Of a DNA stretch of 64,000 bases, positions 1 to 12,791 are shown piece by piece. The position numbers and the translations under genes were made by a program. The stretch is taken from positions 244,691 through 308,690 of the forward strand of contig JANOQI010000062.1 of the NCBI GenBank assembly GCA_031414775.1. The letters run 5' to 3'. Numbering within the stretch: the first letter of the stretch is position 1; every line of letters starts with the position of its first letter. Under the pieces are notes generated by a model that was not told the DNA's origin, did no database searches, and saw nothing but the letters and a program-made list of their open reading frames with translations. The stretch comes from Synechococcales cyanobacterium VAR_4_metabat_354. GTDB taxonomy: Bacteria > Cyanobacteriota > Cyanobacteriia > Cyanobacteriales > Chamaesiphonaceae.

Positions 1-10
1 AGTATCAGGA

Positions 11-814
11 GTGAGCAGTCCAGAATCTGGCGATAGACTGTTGCTGACCAGCACTCAAAACCCCCTCGTTAAGCAAATCCGGAGACTGCACAATGCCAAA
101 GAACGGCAGCAGGAGCAGTTGTTTTTGCTGGAGGGGACGCATTTAATTCAAGAAGCCTGCGCCACTGGTTATCCGCTACATACACTCTGTGCCACCCCTG
201 ATTGGCAGGCAGCGCACCCCGATCTATGGCAGACCGCACCAGCAGATCGTCTGGAGTTGGTAACGGATAAAGTTTTAGCAGCCATGGCTACCACCGTCAA
301 TCCGGATGGGGTAATCGCGATCGCTCCCCGTTTGAAGCTCAATCCGCCACTAATTCCGGGTAACTTGATACTAGCGATTGATCGACTCCAAGATCCTGGC
401 AATTTGGGCACGATCATGCGTACCGCCGCCGCCGCCGGGGTTGATGGCTTATGGGTTAGTGGCGATAGCGTCGCTTTAGATCATCCCAAAGTACTGAGAG
501 CTTCGGCTGGTCAGTGGTTTCGGTTAGCAATGGCCACTAGCAATAATTTACTGGCGGTAGTGGAAAACTACCAGCAGCAAGGTGTGCAAGTAGTCGCCAC
601 TGGGATGACAGCTGCTGTCGATTATTGGCAAGTAGATTTTACTAAACCCACTTTGGTATTACTGGGTAATGAAGGCGGTGGATTATCACCAGAATTAATG
701 GCTAAAGCTGATCGGGTGGTGCGTGTACCGATGCAGCCCGGGGTGGAGTCTTTAAATGTGTCGATTACAGCGGCACTCCTCCTTTACGAAGCGAAGCGTC
801 AGCAGGCCCAATAG
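11..814 (+). CDS. TrmH/SpoU family RNA methyltransferase
   Basis: SPOUT motifs DPGNLGTIMRTA, LGNEGGGL, VPM..GVESLNVS. Confidence 0.92.
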   Translation: MSSPESGDRLLLTSTQNPLVKQIRRLHNAKERQQEQLFLLEGTHLIQEACATGYPLHTLCATPDWQAAHPDLWQTAPADRLELVTDKVLAAMATTVNPDGVIAIAPRLKLNPPLIPGNLILAIDRLQDPGNLGTIMRTAAAAGVDGLWVSGDSVALDHPKVLRASAGQWFRLAMATSNNLLAVVENYQQQGVQVVATGMTAAVDYWQVDFTKPTLVLLGNEGGGLSPELMAKADRVVRVPMQPGVESLNVSITAALLLYEAKRQQAQ

Positions 815-1095
815 TCCGAAAAGCAAAGCGATAGTTGCCGACTGTAACAAAGCTTATCTTTTTCTTAATGTTCGATCGATTCCGCTCTAGGATTAACTGC
901 GGGTCTCCGGCCTGACAGTCTCGATACACTTCTTTACAAAGAAGCTATGGGTGCTGAAAACGTTTTAATCTAAAAGTTAGTTTAGTTTTTTATCTAGACA
1001 ACCTTTTTTTCGGGACTAGTAAATTTGCTAGACCCAATTTATGTAAAATCAAGATCGTTTTAGCTCCAGCAGCTAAGTCCAGCTTCACATCCTGA

Positions 1096-4431
<3,336 letters not shown>

Positions 4432-4456
4432 CACTTTCTAACAAACTGGTTTAACT

Positions 4457-4486
4457 AAAGATGGGGCGTATTGCCCCATCTTTTTT
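4457..4486 (+). terminator. Intrinsic terminator of apcE
   Basis: AAAGATGGGGC-gtatt-GCCCCATCTTT followed by a T run. Confidence 0.85.
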
Positions 4487-4545
4487 ATGTAACCTGATGT
4501 GTGAAATATGTTACAAAAATTTATGTAAGTCGGAGAATACAACAT

Positions 4546-4585
4546 ACTTTTTCTTACTGACACGTTAATTACTTAGAGTTAGTCT
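4546..4585 (+). promoter_or_regulatory. Putative promoter with the shared 17-bp element (haloperoxidase)
   Basis: ACTTTTTCTTACTGACA (16/17 match to copies at 6441 and 23908); CTGACA-N17-TAGTCT. Confidence 0.6.
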
Positions 4586-4688
4586 ATCCATATGAACTGT
4601 GTATCTACTAGATAAATTGAATGAGTATTCTTAATGTTACTGATCTAGTCATCATTGTTGATTTATGTCTTCATAGAGGTAACTGGTA

Positions 4689-6158
4689 ATGACTACCGCT
4701 ACTGCACAATTTCGCTTTTGGATCGATTTGAGCCTAGAGTGTATTCGCCGTGACCATACACCGGCGCTCAGTTCTCCCATGGGCGACCAGAGAGGTCCTT
4801 TTCTCACTGCCCGTGCTTTGGGAATGGCTTTGGCCGCTCTGAATGATGCTAACGCCCTGGCATCAGGTCGATCACCCTTGTTGAACTTAACAGCGACACC
4901 TGGATTGGCCAGCCTGACGGGTGATCGTATCAATGTTGCGAGCGGTGCCGCTTGTGCCCAAGTCCTCAGGCTGCGATATCCTGCCCAGGCCAGTCTATTA
5001 GAACCAGCTTGGACTTATTGGCTGCAGTCGAATGGCTATGGGCCAGCCGATAGCCCCGCCGAATTAGCTGGACGGGCTTTGGGCACTGGGATCGACAATT
5101 TGGGTGCTGCTGATGTCCGGAATAGAGCAAGTAACTATAATCCTTCCGGATTGCCTTACAGTCATACCGCGCCGCCCAACCAGCCAGGGCAAGGTTATGC
5201 TGGAGAAAACTGGGGTTCTTCAACACCTTTGTTGGCTAAACGGGTGGCAGATTTCCCACCACCACCGGGACGTAAATCCGCGACAAAAGTCAATCCAACG
5301 CAGCACTTCCGGGATGATTTTGCTAAAGTTCAAGCAATGGGTAGCATCGATTCTAGTACTCGCACACCAGCGCAAGAATTTGTAGGCATTGCCTGGGGGT
5401 ATGACGGCCCACCAAAGCTGGGAACACCACCAAGACTTTATATGCAGGTTGTCTTGAGCGTACTAGACGCAATTCGAGCTAAAACGCCCGATCAGCTAAC
5501 TATTGCAGACGAGTTAGCAATCATTGCTGGGGTCGGTATTGCCATGGCAGATGCCGCCATCGATGCTTGGCACTACAAGTATGCGGCAACGCACATGATG
5601 TGGCGTCCGGCAGTGGGTATCCCCAAGGCAGTATCCGGAAACGGCACCGCCGACCCCAATTTTCTCCCATTGGGACGCCCCGATACTAACGGGCGAAATC
5701 TGGCTCTAACGCCAGACTTTCCGGCCTATCCCTCAGGACATGCTACCTTTGGTGGTGCTGCTTTTCAGCTGTTGCGACTCTTTTTGAAAGAAAAAGGCGT
5801 TGCCACGTTTGATGCAAATGGGGTTGATGACGTATGCATTGATTTTGTATCAGATGAGTACAACGGTGTGAACACAGATCCCCGAACACTGGAGCCGCGT
5901 TCCCTCACGCCGGTAGTTTTATCTAGTTTGTGGGAAGCGATTACCGATAATTCGGTAAGCCGCGTATATTTGGGTGTGCACTGGCAGTTCGATGGCATTA
6001 CGAATGGCGCTACGGGCACAAATGAATTCGGCATTCCAGCAACACCTAGTGAGTTGGGTAAAACTGGTGGCGTTTGGCTAGGTGCACAGATTGCCAATCA
6101 AATCGCACCGAAGCTTGGTGTTTCACCAGAGACCATTGCCGATTCCAAGATATCGTAA
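4689..6158 (+). CDS. Vanadium-dependent haloperoxidase (PAP2 superfamily)
   Basis: Motifs KY..WRP, PAYPSGHATFGGA, SRVYLGVHWQFD. Confidence 0.85.
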   Translation: MTTATAQFRFWIDLSLECIRRDHTPALSSPMGDQRGPFLTARALGMALAALNDANALASGRSPLLNLTATPGLASLTGDRINVASGAACAQVLRLRYPAQASLLEPAWTYWLQSNGYGPADSPAELAGRALGTGIDNLGAADVRNRASNYNPSGLPYSHTAPPNQPGQGYAGENWGSSTPLLAKRVADFPPPPGRKSATKVNPTQHFRDDFAKVQAMGSIDSSTRTPAQEFVGIAWGYDGPPKLGTPPRLYMQVVLSVLDAIRAKTPDQLTIADELAIIAGVGIAMADAAIDAWHYKYAATHMMWRPAVGIPKAVSGNGTADPNFLPLGRPDTNGRNLALTPDFPAYPSGHATFGGAAFQLLRLFLKEKGVATFDANGVDDVCIDFVSDEYNGVNTDPRTLEPRSLTPVVLSSLWEAITDNSVSRVYLGVHWQFDGITNGATGTNEFGIPATPSELGKTGGVWLGAQIANQIAPKLGVSPETIADSKIS

Positions 6159-6278
6159 GTAGATGGGGGTAATTAAATATAAGACCCAGGCAAGTTGATT
6201 CAAGGTATGAAACTCAATGTCTGCCAGGGTTGTGCGATAGAATATTCTATTTTACATTTAAATCAGCCCACCTACTTA
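6156..6278. mobile_element. MITE-like element with imperfect 27-bp terminal inverted repeats
   Basis: Left TAAGTAGATGGGGGTAATTAAATATAA vs reverse complement of right end TAAGTAGGTGGGCTGATTTAAATGTAA (21/27); TA at both ends; non-coding. Confidence 0.65.
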
Positions 6279-6288
6279 AGGAAAAGCG

Positions 6289-6318
6289 CCTTGGTGGTTC
6301 AAAAATCAACCACCAAGG
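6289..6318. repeat. 11-bp perfect inverted repeat (hairpin)
   Basis: CCTTGGTGGTT-N8-AACCACCAAGG. Confidence 0.6.
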
Positions 6319-6440
6319 TTTAGTCAGAAATACGCCTGTGATTTTAGAGATTTAAGACGATCGTGTAGCGGTAACAGGGTTAACCGGCACGGCCTATATG
6401 GCATGTTACAAAAGTTTGTAAAATACTAGGATTACACCTC

Positions 6441-6481
6441 ACTTTTTCTCACTGACAATACAATAGAGTCAGATGTAGTTT
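6441..6481 (+). promoter_or_regulatory. Putative promoter with the shared 17-bp element (protease cluster)
   Basis: ACTTTTTCTCACTGACA identical to 23908-23924; CTGACA-N18-TAGTTT. Confidence 0.6.
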
Positions 6482-6865
6482 ATAGTCATCAGTCTATATT
6501 TATACAGTCTACGAATATCCTGAATGTTAATGATTACATCGATTTTAGGGATGGGTAGGCGTTGACTCGCAATCATCCACCTCGCTGCTGATATTACAAA
6601 AAATCAATTGCTACAGAAATAGCAAAGTTTTTCGATTCTAATGATGGAAGCTGTTGAAACTATCTAGCCTGTAGACATGACCAACAGGTCGCAGCTTTTG
6701 GAGTTACTGCCAGGATGAATGGCTGAAGGTGAGGAAATAGTTGGTGGTTCGATCGCCAAGAAAGTTATTGCAGCTTTTAACCAAAATCAATTTTAGATAC
6801 CTAAATAAAATACGCTCTAATTCCATCATCAAAGTGATATCGATATAAAAGTTAAGAGGTTTAAA

Positions 6866-8779
6866 ATGAAAAGTATGAGAGCATCGGTAGTTTTTTTTGA
6901 TATTGGAGATACTTTAGGAACTGCTAAGATTTCACATTTTGACTTCCATTTAGAACGAATAGACATCTATTCATACGTCCCAAATATTCTTCAGCAGTTA
7001 AAAGCTAACGGCATCAAGATGGGCATCATCTCTAATACTGGGCATGAAACAATTGATAGTATGAAAAGAGTCCTCGAAGATGCTGGAATTTATCGCTTTT
7101 TCGATCCCAATTTACTCATTTATAGCTCGGTAGTAGGAGTTAGTAAACCTTCACCAGAAATTTTTCGATTAGCTGCCCAAACAGTAGGTCATGGGATAGA
7201 ACCCCAGCATTGCCTATTTGTCGGAGAAGATAGTAAAGAGCGCAAAGTAGCACGGAATGTTGGTTTACAAGTTTTGCCACATCCGAGTTTGGTGTTGGAG
7301 ATATTAAAAGGTAGTCGGTTGAGATATATTCGGATCGCTGTTACCACAACACAAAACGATAGTGCATGGCGATCGGCGATTCGAGGCTTATCAGTCGTGC
7401 CCTTGTATATGACGGGCGAGAATGGTGATCGAATTTATGCGATCGCCACAACTACAGCTATTACTCAGCTTGACGATCTGGGGTTTCAGGTCGATCGATT
7501 GGGCAGTGAAGGCGATCCGCTGACAACAGATGTTTATCTGCTGCGGGACGATCGGCAAACTAGTACGGGTTTTCTCAATCCCCAAGGGCAATCTCAGAGC
7601 TTTTTCGTTGAGGAGGAAGAGTCAAAATGGGTGTTAGCTTCTTCGACGGAGGGAATTTTTATTGCTTTACCTGGAGATCGATCGATAGAAGAATATCATT
7701 TTGAAGAAGCATATCATGGACACAATCTTAAGCTTTTACCCGATCCGAGTTTACTCGAACCCTTTGGTGAAGGGAATAATGCTAAAACCGCAGGTTTTGT
7801 CCAGACAATATTAGTCGAGCCATCATTAAATGATACTGAAATAGAGAAATTTAAAACCATTACCCCCGATTTAATTCGTGCATATCTAGAAAGATATACC
7901 GGAGTAAAACTGCTGAATGAGTCTGCCGGAAAAATTAAGAGCCGCCATATTCAGAGTTCCGAAATTGGCTTAGTTACCGCTGCTTTAGTCCAAGATCTCG
8001 AACAAATCGGTGGTGGTAATTTCATGATCGATCTAAATCGATTCATGCATGAAGGACGCGAATTGGACAATGTAGCAGCAGAGTTACAAGGGAGTCAATC
8101 GGCAGAAATAGTCTTAGTCACTGCCCACCTAGACTCCACTGCGGCTTTTAGCGACCATCTTTACAATGCGGCCAGCGATCCCGCACCTGGAGCTGATGAT
8201 GATGCTAGTGGCGTGGCGGCTGTGTTAGTGATCGCCAGTGTTATCCAACAATTAGCCGTAGTTCAACCACCCAAACGCACAATCCGATTTGTATTATTTA
8301 ACGCCGAAGAACACGGCTTAGTCGGCAGTCAGGCTTATGCCAGGACTCAAGCGGCGGTTGCGGCACCGATCGTCGGCGTGTATCAGATGGATATGGTGGG
8401 CTACAACGTCAATCCACCCCGTTCCTTTGAAGTTCATGTGGGTTATCAGGCTTCCGCCAATGTCCAAAAGCGATCACTCGTGCTCGCCAAACGGCTGAAG
8501 CGATTAGTTTCCGTCTTATCGCCTAACTTACAATCTCCGCAAATTTATACTCAGCCAGATCCAGCTGAAGGAAGGAGCGATCATGCCAGTTTTCACCAAC
8601 GCGGCTATGCCGCTTGTGTCACCTCGGAAGACTTCTTTGCGGGGCCGTTGCCCACCTCGCCCACCGCAGAGCCTAATCCCAACTATCACAAAGATCAGGA
8701 TACTTTTGTAGATTTTGACTATGCGGCGGACATTGCCCGTTTGGTAGGCGCAGCCGCCTGGTTGACAGCTAATTTATAA
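6866..8779 (+). CDS. HAD-like hydrolase fused to an M28 family metallopeptidase
   Basis: N-terminal FFDIGDTL, ISNT, KP, FVGED; C-terminal TAHLDS, GADDDASG, NAEEHGLVGS, QMDMVG, RSDH, YH. Confidence 0.85.
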   Translation: MKSMRASVVFFDIGDTLGTAKISHFDFHLERIDIYSYVPNILQQLKANGIKMGIISNTGHETIDSMKRVLEDAGIYRFFDPNLLIYSSVVGVSKPSPEIFRLAAQTVGHGIEPQHCLFVGEDSKERKVARNVGLQVLPHPSLVLEILKGSRLRYIRIAVTTTQNDSAWRSAIRGLSVVPLYMTGENGDRIYAIATTTAITQLDDLGFQVDRLGSEGDPLTTDVYLLRDDRQTSTGFLNPQGQSQSFFVEEEESKWVLASSTEGIFIALPGDRSIEEYHFEEAYHGHNLKLLPDPSLLEPFGEGNNAKTAGFVQTILVEPSLNDTEIEKFKTITPDLIRAYLERYTGVKLLNESAGKIKSRHIQSSEIGLVTAALVQDLEQIGGGNFMIDLNRFMHEGRELDNVAAELQGSQSAEIVLVTAHLDSTAAFSDHLYNAASDPAPGADDDASGVAAVLVIASVIQQLAVVQPPKRTIRFVLFNAEEHGLVGSQAYARTQAAVAAPIVGVYQMDMVGYNVNPPRSFEVHVGYQASANVQKRSLVLAKRLKRLVSVLSPNLQSPQIYTQPDPAEGRSDHASFHQRGYAACVTSEDFFAGPLPTSPTAEPNPNYHKDQDTFVDFDYAADIARLVGAAAWLTANL

Positions 8780-8808
8780 ACAATCTTCAATTATCAGGAG
8801 AATTAAAA

Positions 8809-9888
8809 ATGATTTTTTGTAACAATCCATCTTGCCACAATCCTCTCCATTGCTTTTTGCCACCGTATATCACCACTCGTCTAGCAGAGTCTGAAGATCC
8901 AGAAATTCGTCGCTTAGGTACTGAGGCTCTTGCTAATGACGCAGCCGCGCGGGCGGTTCGATCGACGTTTGCAGGGATGCCGATGATGGCAGCGATACCC
9001 TCTCCATCAGGCACTAAGAATCGTCTCATCTACGACATGAAAAACAAAGCACCTTTTCCGATTCTTCGTCCGGGAAAGCTAGTTCGTGCTGAAGGCGCAC
9101 CGCCAGTTGGGGGTGATGAAGCTGTCAATGAAGCATACGATCATGCCGGAATTACTTACGATTTTTACAAAGATATTTTCGGTCGTAATTCTTTGAACGA
9201 TCGTGGTATGTCACTGATTTCTAGTGTTCATTATGGTCGCCGTTATAACAACGCCTTTTGGGATGGAAAACAAATGGCATATGGAGATGGTGACGGACAA
9301 CTTTTTATCAGATTTACTAAGGCTTTAGATGTAGTTGCTCACGAGCTAACCCATGGCGTAGTTTCATTCACCAGTAACTTAGACTATGAGGACGAGTCTG
9401 GAGCATTAAACGAGCATTTTGCCGATGCATTTGGGGCGATGGTTAAGCAATGGCATCTCCAACAAGATGTGAATGCAGCTAACTGGTTAAATGGTGACAC
9501 CATTATGGGTTCAGGTACTACCGCCAAATGTATTCGCACCTTTAAAAAAGGAAAAGCCTACGAAAACGATCCCTTACTAGGTACCGATCCGCAGCCCAAA
9601 CACATCCACGATAAATACACTGGCGCTGATGATAATGGCGGCGTACATATTAACTCTGGCATTCCCAACCATGCTTTCTACCAAGTGGCGATGAAAATCG
9701 GCGGTAATTCTTGGGAGAAGACTGGCAAAATCTGGTATCAAACTCTCAAAAATCTCAATTCCCAAAGCCAGTTCCGAGAAGCAGCCAGTATGACTTATAT
9801 GGTCGCAGGTTCGCTATTTGGGGCTGGGAGTTCAGAACAGCAAGCCGTCAAAGATGGCTGGGGTGCTGTAGGAATTACTATTTCGTAG
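8809..9888 (+). CDS. M4 family protealysin-like metalloprotease
   Basis: Short propeptide with CFLPPYI; NNAFW, HELTH, LNEHFAD, GGVHINSGIPN. Confidence 0.92.
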   Translation: MIFCNNPSCHNPLHCFLPPYITTRLAESEDPEIRRLGTEALANDAAARAVRSTFAGMPMMAAIPSPSGTKNRLIYDMKNKAPFPILRPGKLVRAEGAPPVGGDEAVNEAYDHAGITYDFYKDIFGRNSLNDRGMSLISSVHYGRRYNNAFWDGKQMAYGDGDGQLFIRFTKALDVVAHELTHGVVSFTSNLDYEDESGALNEHFADAFGAMVKQWHLQQDVNAANWLNGDTIMGSGTTAKCIRTFKKGKAYENDPLLGTDPQPKHIHDKYTGADDNGGVHINSGIPNHAFYQVAMKIGGNSWEKTGKIWYQTLKNLNSQSQFREAASMTYMVAGSLFGAGSSEQQAVKDGWGAVGITIS

Positions 9889-10020
9889 GTTGGGTTGAAA
9901 AATGTTGCCATGGCATCGCCTGTGGCGACACAGAGCGAAGCAATTCAATATCCCCAGTGTTAAAGAATCCGTCACCAAAGTTAGTTTGGTGACGGCATAC
10001 CATCCAGAGGAAAAATCATC

Positions 10021-11244
10021 ATGGCAACCGACAAAAGTAAAAAGCAACTTTCCGATAAAGGAAAAGTTCGATTAGTAGCAGAAGCAATGGTTCAACTGCC
10101 CCCAGCAGTCGATCCGCCGATCTTAGGTTCCCGCACGCGGATTTGGAAACAAGACCCCTCGGTTAAAGAACTTGCCGTACCCAGAGATGTCTACATCCAC
10201 GCTCCAGTCAAAGAAGGCCCCAGTGACTCCCAAATTGTCATCAGAGGTTTATCACCAGTACCTCCAGACTTGAATCAAGATTTTCTGATCGATCCGGCTA
10301 GCGATGAAAAAGCTTTCGATGCGGTACATACTTACACCATCGTTCGCCAAGTGCTAACAATGTACCAGCGAGTTTTAGATCGTAAAATTCAGTGGCAATG
10401 GAATACAGCTACTAATCAAGAGCCAATATCAGTTCATCCCCAGGCAGGCAGAGCTGCCAATGCATACTATAGTCGTGATGAAAAAGTTTTAAAGTTCTTC
10501 TTTTTTAAACCTCGTAGTCAGCCAGTTGGCAGTCCTGATGTGTTTACCTGTCGCTCTCTAGACATAGTTGCTCACGAGACAGGGCACGCTATCTTAGATG
10601 CCCTAAAACCAAACTGGATTTTGAATAATACGCCAGCTCAAACAGGTGGATTGCATGAGTCTTTTGGGGATATAACTTCGATTTTCACGATCTTATCTCA
10701 ACTAGATTTAGTCGAATATATCATCACAGAAACCAAAGCCGATTTACATCGTCGCAATATCCTTGCCGTACTAGCAGAGCAATTTGGAAATGCGTTTGGG
10801 ATGCCAGAAGGTTTACGCAATGCTGATAATGACTTAAAACTCAGTCAGGTTAGTGACGAAGTTCATGATATTTCGCAGGTATTTACTGGGGCTGTTTATG
10901 ATATTCTGGCCGATATATTTACAGCTAATCGCAATCCTCGCGAACGGGATGATGCAGTTACTTTATATGAAACTGGTCAATATATGGCTGGTTTGATCAT
11001 TCGATCGATCGAAAAAGCTCCAGCTAATAATGCTATTTATGCAGATGTTGCCAAAGCAGCAATCGAGATTGCCACAGCTGATGGACATCCCAATTATGCC
11101 ATTTTCATTGAAAAGCATTTTACCTTGCGAGAAGTATTAGGTCCACAAGCCTTTGCGGAACATCCAAATTTGTCTCATCTGGGTATATATCCTAGTCGGC
11201 ATGGCTGTTGTGGCACTATGCAGCATCCAGAATATCAATCTTAA
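10021..11244 (+). CDS. Gluzincin zinc metalloprotease (M4/M36-like)
   Basis: NAYY, DIVAHETGHA, GLHESFGD, EVH. Confidence 0.75.
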   Translation: MATDKSKKQLSDKGKVRLVAEAMVQLPPAVDPPILGSRTRIWKQDPSVKELAVPRDVYIHAPVKEGPSDSQIVIRGLSPVPPDLNQDFLIDPASDEKAFDAVHTYTIVRQVLTMYQRVLDRKIQWQWNTATNQEPISVHPQAGRAANAYYSRDEKVLKFFFFKPRSQPVGSPDVFTCRSLDIVAHETGHAILDALKPNWILNNTPAQTGGLHESFGDITSIFTILSQLDLVEYIITETKADLHRRNILAVLAEQFGNAFGMPEGLRNADNDLKLSQVSDEVHDISQVFTGAVYDILADIFTANRNPRERDDAVTLYETGQYMAGLIIRSIEKAPANNAIYADVAKAAIEIATADGHPNYAIFIEKHFTLREVLGPQAFAEHPNLSHLGIYPSRHGCCGTMQHPEYQS

Positions 11245-11517
11245 TAGTTTCATTAAACTTCACCAGCAATAGTCGTGTTACCAGTAAAAACGATTGTTTT
11301 GACCTTTGCCATAGTTAGTGTGACTTTATTGACACAATTATTCCCTATGCTTAATCAATCTAGTTTAGGGAATATTTTTTCTTTCTCCCCAATATATAGG
11401 ACAAATTTAATTCAAGAAACTGAGAATGTGACATTTAATCGATCAAATGAAAATTTAGAATATTTGTCTCGTCTATCATTAAAGCAAAAATCGCCAATTA
11501 ATAAAGTGAAAAAGCAT

Positions 11518-11814
11518 ATGAAAATCAAGTTTCGTCAATCGGGAGGATATGCCGGGTTGCGGATGGGTTGCGATCTGGATACTAACTCATTAAGCATTGC
11601 TGAATCTACTCAATTAGAATCTTTAGTGGAAACTAGTGGTATTTTGCGAGCGAATAGCAGTCGTTCTAAAAATGCAGCAGATTTGATTAGTTACGAGATT
11701 ACGATCGAGACTAACGAGGGAATTCATCAGGTACAGCTTGATGATTCAACGTTACCTGAAAGTGTTTTTCCTTTGCTGGATTATCTGCAAAATCAAGCGA
11801 AGCCGCTGCAATAA
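11518..11814 (+). CDS. Emfourin-like protealysin inhibitor
   Basis: MKIKFRQSGGYAGL...ADLISYEITIE...LPES.PLLDYL; downstream of a protealysin-like gene; ATG 11518 preferred over ORF start 11275. Confidence 0.8.
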   Translation: MKIKFRQSGGYAGLRMGCDLDTNSLSIAESTQLESLVETSGILRANSSRSKNAADLISYEITIETNEGIHQVQLDDSTLPESVFPLLDYLQNQAKPLQ

Positions 11815-11882
11815 ATATGCTGATTGCCTATCGTTAAGGGTTCACGCTTTCTCTTAGAGATATGGCGGTAGCTAAATCCGTG

Positions 11883-12002
11883 GGGAGCATCTCAACCTTT
11901 TCGGTAGAAAAATCGAGACCCTGAAACAGGCACTGTCACTGGAGACAAATTTCCCGAATTCATTGGCTTTTAATTTTCTCTAGAAAAAGATGACGTGCTC
12001 CC
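11883..12002. mobile_element. 120-bp MITE with an 8-bp target-site duplication
   Basis: TIRs GGGAGCATCTCAACCTTTTC / GAAAAAGATGACGTGCTCCC (16/20); flanked by AATCCGTG at 11875-11882 and 12003-12010. Confidence 0.85.
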
Positions 12003-12207
12003 AATCCGTGCCTAATGGTATCGTTGAGGCATTTATTATTCTATTCCCTGCAAGGGTAACGAAAGCCCCTGATATGTATGTCAATTTAATAGAATAGCTG
12101 ATCATCGATCTGTGTTGCCATCCCAAGTCTGTAAAAGGATGACACTGATTTTAGATCGTTGATTTTGTGCTGTTTTTGCTGCTTTATAAGGTCGATCGAC
12201 CCCAGAC

Positions 12208-12348
12208 ATCGAACCATTATGGAAAAAAGAACCAGTTATCACTCTCAGCAGTTCAGTAAAACTCGTCGCAGAAGTAGTCAGTACCAATTGGCAAAATGAC
12301 TACGCTCGTAAAGTCGAAGAATACGAAGCATTGGTTATTCCAGAATAG
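12208..12348 (+). pseudogene. Uma2 (DUF820) endonuclease fragment
   Basis: Reads IEPLWKKEPVITLSSSVKLVAEVVSTNWQNDYARKVEEYEALVIPE*; N-terminus missing and stop before the YWIVD motif. Confidence 0.75.
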
Positions 12349-12542
12349 CGATAATTGGGGATGGATCGATCATGTCCAAAGGACTGCTCAATTTCATCTG
12401 ACAAAGCCAGCGACGTAAAAAATTATCGATCGTAACCACTCAACAATATGAATTAGATGAAGTGTTCCCGAAAAACTAGCATCTACCCTATGCCAAAGGC
12501 TAGAATCATTGTGTAGTTACAGTCTCAACCAACTGAATATTT

Positions 12543-12791
12543 ATGAATGTCTATAAAGTTGATACGATCGTAATGGCAGATGGTTCCATTATCCTGAAGG
12601 GACTACCTGTGAGTGTTGGTAAGTTGGTAGAAGTTATCGTTTTAGACAGTACATCCGATCGGACAGTCGATGACGATTCAGCCAGCTTGATGATTGACGA
12701 GCGCTGGAAATCTTTACAAGGCTCAGTCACCCGCTACGACGATCCATTTGAACCAGCTATTCCCCCATCAAACTGGGACGTGCTGCAATGA
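12543..12791 (+). CDS. Putative antitoxin
   Basis: 82 aa, 4-nt overlap with downstream PIN gene; ends DDPFEPAIPPSNWDVLQ. Confidence 0.7.
   Translation: MNVYKVDTIVMADGSIILKGLPVSVGKLVEVIVLDSTSDRTVDDDSASLMIDERWKSLQGSVTRYDDPFEPAIPPSNWDVLQ

Noticed and set aside
895..970. Possible structured RNA leader upstream of apcE
   Set aside because: No recognisable RNA family or convincing fold can be supported by eye
9884..9950. REP-like GTAGGTTGGGTTGA remnant at the M4 stop codon (another REP-like scrap near 31263)
   Set aside because: Partial and degenerate; no complete palindrome
11275..11517. Apparent signal-peptide extension on the emfourin-like ORF
   Set aside because: AT-rich, GTG-started upstream frame; family similarity begins at ATG 11518. 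It cannot be fully excluded
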